Shown here: positions 59,849 to 64,000 of the stretch, piece after piece
Numbering within the stretch: the stretch's first letter is position 1
Layout of the letters: the number at the start of each line of letters is the position of its first letter
From: a virus
Lineage: Duplodnaviria; Caudoviricetes
Strand: one strand, 5' to 3'
DNA length: 64,000 nucleotides
IMG/VR virus record: IMGVR_UViG_3300026043_000014
Coordinates: 6,588 to 70,587 of that record
Notes under the pieces: generated by a model
The model's input: only the letters and a program-made list of their open reading frames with translations
Told to the model about the DNA's origin: nothing
Database searches by the model: none
Position numbers and translations under genes: made by a program

Positions 59849-61845
59849 ATGAAAACGAGCTACCGCTACGCAGTAACCGGCGATTTCGATCGCATGGTGT
59901 ACAGCCGCCACCGCACGCTAGCGGCGGCCGAGCGTGCATGCCGTGCGCTCGCCGCCAGGTGGGGCCGCAGTCACCCTGGGTCGGAGCCTCGGGTTATTCC
60001 GCTGGCAGCGGAAGCGCACCGTTGCCCGAGCGAGGTGGCGTCGTGAGCGCGCACGCATTTTTTCACCGCGGCACCGCTATCCTGGCGGTAGCGATCCGGA
60101 CCGACAGAGACCCTGCCGTCGTCGCGGCCGAGTACGGCGTGGACGTCTCGGGGCTGGACATGCGTGGGTCGGTCCAGGTAGCCGCTGCCCCTAGCTCGCC
60201 GGAGGCCGCCACGGCGGCCGCGAAAGCGGATGCTGAGACGCGCGCCATAGCGCGCCTCCCATGCCCGAACGACGCCTGGACCATGAGCGACCGACGGTGG
60301 CTCGATCGCGAGCGAGCGCGCGTCTCGCGCGAGGCACGCGAGTCCGTCGCCCCGTTTCAGGGCCCCGAAGCCGAATGGCTTCGGGACTTTCGCTGACCAC
60401 CTGACCACCCCCGCGCTGGACGCCCGTCCCCGCCCGACTCGGCACGTCGGGCAGCGCGCCAAGACACCCGGGAGAGACCGGGAGGAAGGAGCATCGACCA
60501 ATGACCACGGCCACATCCACCCCCGACCTCCGTGCCGTCGTGCGCTACGCGATCGAATGCGCTGGCCTAGCCGCGTGGTGCGCAGGTCTTGACCTGAGCG
60601 AATACCTTTGGCCGGCGGCCGAGGCCGCGGACCGTGGCGACTTCGATGCCGCCGCCATCGCCGCCTTTGGCGCCTTCCGCGCTTCTCGCACCGACGGCGG
60701 CCTCTGTGCCCACGCCTCTTGCGCCGCCGCCCGCGCCTCTCTCGCCGCTGACCGAGGAGACTACGCCGCCGCCAACGCCGCCGCCCGCGCCGCCTTCTAC
60801 GCCGCCGACGCCGCCGCCTACGCCGCCTACGCCGCCTTCTACGCCGCCTTCTACGCCGCCGACGCCGCCGCCGCCAGCGCCCGCGCGCGGGCGCTACTCA
60901 TACCTGACGCGCCGGACGCCCGCGCGCTTCGAACCCGTGTCGCTGAGCACATCGCGGCTCACCCCGAGACGCACGACCCATCGACGTGGGGCACCGGCGC
61001 ACCCGAGTGCGGTACCGCGCAGTGCGCCGCAGGATGGATCTGCTCACTCGGTGGCGGCACGCGCGGTCTTCCCGTCGAGCTCGTAGCGCGTGCTCTGTCG
61101 CACGTGGACGGCGCGGAGCGGGTCGTGTTCGATCCGGACGCTTCGCGCGGTGAGGTCCTCGCGTCGCTTCGAGTGCCCGAGGATGACTAGAGAAGGGACC
61201 CCATGACCACGAAACAAATCCAAATCGCCATCCGGCTGCCCGAGACGCTTCTCACGAGGCTCGACAAGATCGCCGCGCGAATGAGCGCTTCCGGCGTCCC
61301 GGTGACGCGCGCCGAAGTGCTTCGTCTCGCGGCGACCAAGGGTGTGGAACGGCTCGAGAAAAAACGATGAAGCCGCCCCGAGGTCTCCCCGATCGCGTCT
61401 GGGTTGTCGTGCTCCCTACGGGAGAACGGCACATCATCGACAAGCCGTTCCTCGACGGGATCACCAAGTGGGCCGAAGGCATGGACGTGACGATCGCGGA
61501 GTACGTCTTCATCGAGATCGTTCATCGACCTCCGGACACCGATCTGTGACGGGAGCAATCGCCATCGGTGCTTGGATACTCGCGGGTCTGCTTTCCCTCC
61601 TCGATGCTGCGCTCACTGTCCGACGCTTCGAACGAGTACTCGAACGCTACGTAGTCATCGACATGATTGCTACGCTGTGCCTCTTCCTCGGAGGTCCCAT
61701 CTCGCTGATCAACATCGTGTTGTACAGAGACGGAGCCGTTGCGGAACTGATCAATGACTTCGAATTTCGCCGTGTGATCTCCACCACGGAAGCGATCGAT
61801 CTTCGCCGGGAGTTCGGGCTCCGGCCCTCCGAAACCAAGGAATAG
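59849..61845 (+). CDS. small early-type genes (59849-60046, 60043-60396, 60501-61190 with AAxYAA repeats, 61203-61370 RHH, 61367-61549, 61546-61845)
   Basis: GGAGG RBSs, overlaps, QIAIRLPETLLTRLD RHH motif. Confidence 0.6.
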
Positions 61846-61900
61846 CCCGCGATTTTCTCCGGACGTAGACCCGTCTCGGAAGAGCCGATAAGCTTCTCCC

Positions 61901-62881
61901 ATGTCGCACCTGATTGGCCGTGGCCGTTCGCCCGAAACCTACCCTCGAAAGGTCGTCGGTACTTCGACACCTCAGACCATCAATCCATTGACGGCGACCT
62001 GGTTCGTCGACGGTAGTTTCGGGGCAGCCACGCCAGATGGCAGCATCAACGCCCCATACCCGTCGCTTCAGGCCGCCTTCGACGCAGCTGTCGCTCAGGC
62101 GATCCCTCTGCTGACGCTTCTTCTCGTGGCCCCCGACGCCACGCCGTTCGTCCGACAAGCCGCGGGCAACGCAATCGCTCTTCGCATCGTAGGGCTGGGG
62201 CCCTACCTGGCCGGCGTCGTCACGGCGATGAGCATCGACTGTGCGAACGCAGGACCGATCACCCTACTGGAAAATCTGGCGATCGATACGCTGCTCTCCG
62301 CCGACAATCCGGTCACGCTGAGACGCTGCATCATCAACAGTGAAATCACCACGACGGGAGGGGCTACGATCCTCTTCCAAGACGACAGCATCATCGGAGG
62401 CAACGTGGTCGCCAACGTTGCCGGTCAGCTCCAATTCCAGAACACGACCTTCAAGCCGCCACAGAACATGACGGCAGACGTGTTCACTTTCGACTCGCAA
62501 AGTGAAGAATCGTTTTTCAACGGAGGCTCGGGAGCGATTACTCCAGTTGCCGACGGCCAAATCGGTACCTTCGAAGTCGATCTACCGCCGACCTCTCGCA
62601 TCGCAACCGACTCGAATCTCACGGACACCGCCGAGACGAACGGTCGCATCATCTATCCCGAGGCTACGCTCACTGTCGGACGTACGCTCACCTTGCAGGT
62701 CGGAACAGGAGTAGCCAACAAATCGATGCTGATCGATGTGTGGCCGCAAGGAAGTAACCTCTCTGTGGTCGATCAAACCAGCGCAGCGACGATCTACACG
62801 ACCAATGGAGGAGATCGTCTAGTCGCCTCGTTCGACGCGGGCACGAGCGTGTGGTCGATTCTGTTGCGATCGATCCTGTAG
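61901..62881 (+). CDS. putative spike/adhesin of the GRGR-ExYP family, outside the structural block
   Basis: MSHLIGRGRSPETYP; WFVDGS...DGSINAPYPSLQAA motif; beta-helix-like body. Confidence 0.7.
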   Translation: MSHLIGRGRSPETYPRKVVGTSTPQTINPLTATWFVDGSFGAATPDGSINAPYPSLQAAFDAAVAQAIPLLTLLLVAPDATPFVRQAAGNAIALRIVGLGPYLAGVVTAMSIDCANAGPITLLENLAIDTLLSADNPVTLRRCIINSEITTTGGATILFQDDSIIGGNVVANVAGQLQFQNTTFKPPQNMTADVFTFDSQSEESFFNGGSGAITPVADGQIGTFEVDLPPTSRIATDSNLTDTAETNGRIIYPEATLTVGRTLTLQVGTGVANKSMLIDVWPQGSNLSVVDQTSAATIYTTNGGDRLVASFDAGTSVWSILLRSIL

Positions 62882-62884
62882 ATC

Positions 62885-62940
62885 GTTGCGGCATTCGGTG
62901 CTCCGTCACGGCATTCGAAGCCCCGCGCGGCTGTTGTGCA
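62885..62940 (-). CRISPR. orphan repeat (62905-62940) plus an abutting half-repeat (62885-62904)
   Basis: CAACAGCCGCGCGGGGCTTCGAATGCCGTGAC directly after the TAA of 62941..63207, then GGAGCACCGAATGCCGCAAC (17/20 to the repeat 3' end). Confidence 0.85.
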
Positions 62941-63764
62941 TTACCGTCGACGTCGAAAGCGATTGGCGATTCGTTCCACATCCTTACGGAGCTTCGGATC
63001 CGTGAGCGTTTCGAAAATCGAGTGCGCGGCCTTTACCGTCTCGTCCTCGCTGTCGATGAGCCCATCGAGAGGGCTCGCGAGCAGATCGTGCTTCCGGATC
63101 AGCTTGATGGCCTGCATCGCAGCAGCGAGTCGTTCCTTGTCCGTCGTGCTGTCGTCGACTGCGAGTTCGATCAGGTCTTTGGCCTTCCGGCGTAGTTTGG
63201 CGCTCATTCCGGATCCTCCTCTTCGCTTCTGCGCTTCTTTCGTCGCTTCTTCTTCCGGCCGGGGCTTGCATCGAAGCGATCTGTGTACTCATCCATCATC
63301 GCGTCGGCGTACTCCGTAGCGACGTCTACCATGTCGTCAATGAGCTCTTCGGCGTCCTCGACGCTGTCGGGCTTCTCGTACACGCCGAGCGCGTCGTGTG
63401 TCCAGCCGACCCAGAGCTCGGCCTCTAGTTTGTTCGTTGCCATTCACGTACCTCCGTTGTCGCGGATCCACTCCGCTGTCTCTTTTCTGTTCAGCACGGT
63501 GACGGGAACGTCGATCTCTTCCGGATCGATCTCAGCGTCTTCCGCCCAAACGGCCATGCCGGCCGTTCGGTGAACACCGTCGAGAATGTCCGCCCCGTAG
63601 AAGCCACTCCCGATTAAGATCTTTCCCGGCAGCTCTTCGGGATCGAGTGGTTCGACGTTCGCAAGATACTCTTCCCACTCGGATGCTCCGCCGCCGAGAG
63701 AGTCGGGGGCAAGATCGACCAGATCACTCAACGTCATCGTCTCCTGCGTCATCCCCATCTCCAT
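62941..63764 (-). CDS. three small genes (62941-63207, 63204-63443, 63444-63764)
   Basis: Coupled; the last has a ParB-like LDGVHR motif. Confidence 0.6.
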
Positions 63765-64000
63765 CGGTGCAGTGCGTACCTCAGAGCCCAGCTTCGGATC
63801 TCACCGGCTCGGCGAAAAATCCGATAGGCGTTGAAGGCGAGTAGCGGGTGACGACGGATCGTCAGGCCGCGCCGAAGCTCTCGAAGCGCTTCGCGGATCA
63901 ACTCTTCTGCTTCTGAAAGTTTCAATGGATGGCCCTCGGCTCTTGTTCTTCGTGATCGTCCCGCTCGCAATCATCGAGATCATCGAGCACATCTTCAACA

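Noticed and set aside
1-64000. tRNA, rRNA, cas1/cas2, tracrRNA anti-repeat, terminase
   Set aside because: None recognised by eye. All repeat copies lie in the sense orientation of local genes, so none looks like a separate anti-repeat. tRNAscan and HMM searches are needed to be sure.

Overview
The whole window looks viral: a high-GC, probably temperate dsDNA virus or prophage. Its host is most likely a myxobacterium (Polyangiaceae-like), inferred from Cys-rich, 'DAG'/'STGGA'-linker lipoproteins. No housekeeping host genes, rRNA or tRNA were recognised. Layout: (i) replication module at 1-5.5 kb, with an SNF2-type helicase cut by the window edge, a Cas4/RecB-like PD-(D/E)XK nuclease, a primase-helicase and a 531-bp AT-rich near-perfect palindrome; (ii) small accessory and nucleotide-metabolism genes (ThyX, MazG-like, PnuC-like) at 5.5-11.4 kb; (iii) a minus-strand virion/envelope block at 11.5-39 kb (LysM and membrane-anchored proteins, papain-like and transglutaminase-like proteases, capsid candidates, Arg-rich core protein, RadC/JAB, GroES-like) with no recognisable terminase, portal or tail genes, interrupted by a plus-strand island carrying a Cre-like tyrosine recombinase and an 11-repeat CRISPR array; (iv) lysis genes, a Dam-family methylase and a 597-aa Cas12m (type V-M/V-U1)-like effector at 42-48 kb; (v) modular proteins, a frameshifted HARP/SNF2 helicase, a rhomboid and small early-type genes at 50-64 kb. 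The main result is a virus-encoded, spatially split type V CRISPR system. It has no cas1/cas2. The effector appears to keep a D-E-D RuvC triad and lies 28 kb from its array. Copies of the same repeat sit inside four other transcription units, always in the mRNA sense. One spacer matches this virus's own primase gene at 32/35 nt. All family assignments come from motif recognition by eye; no database search was run.
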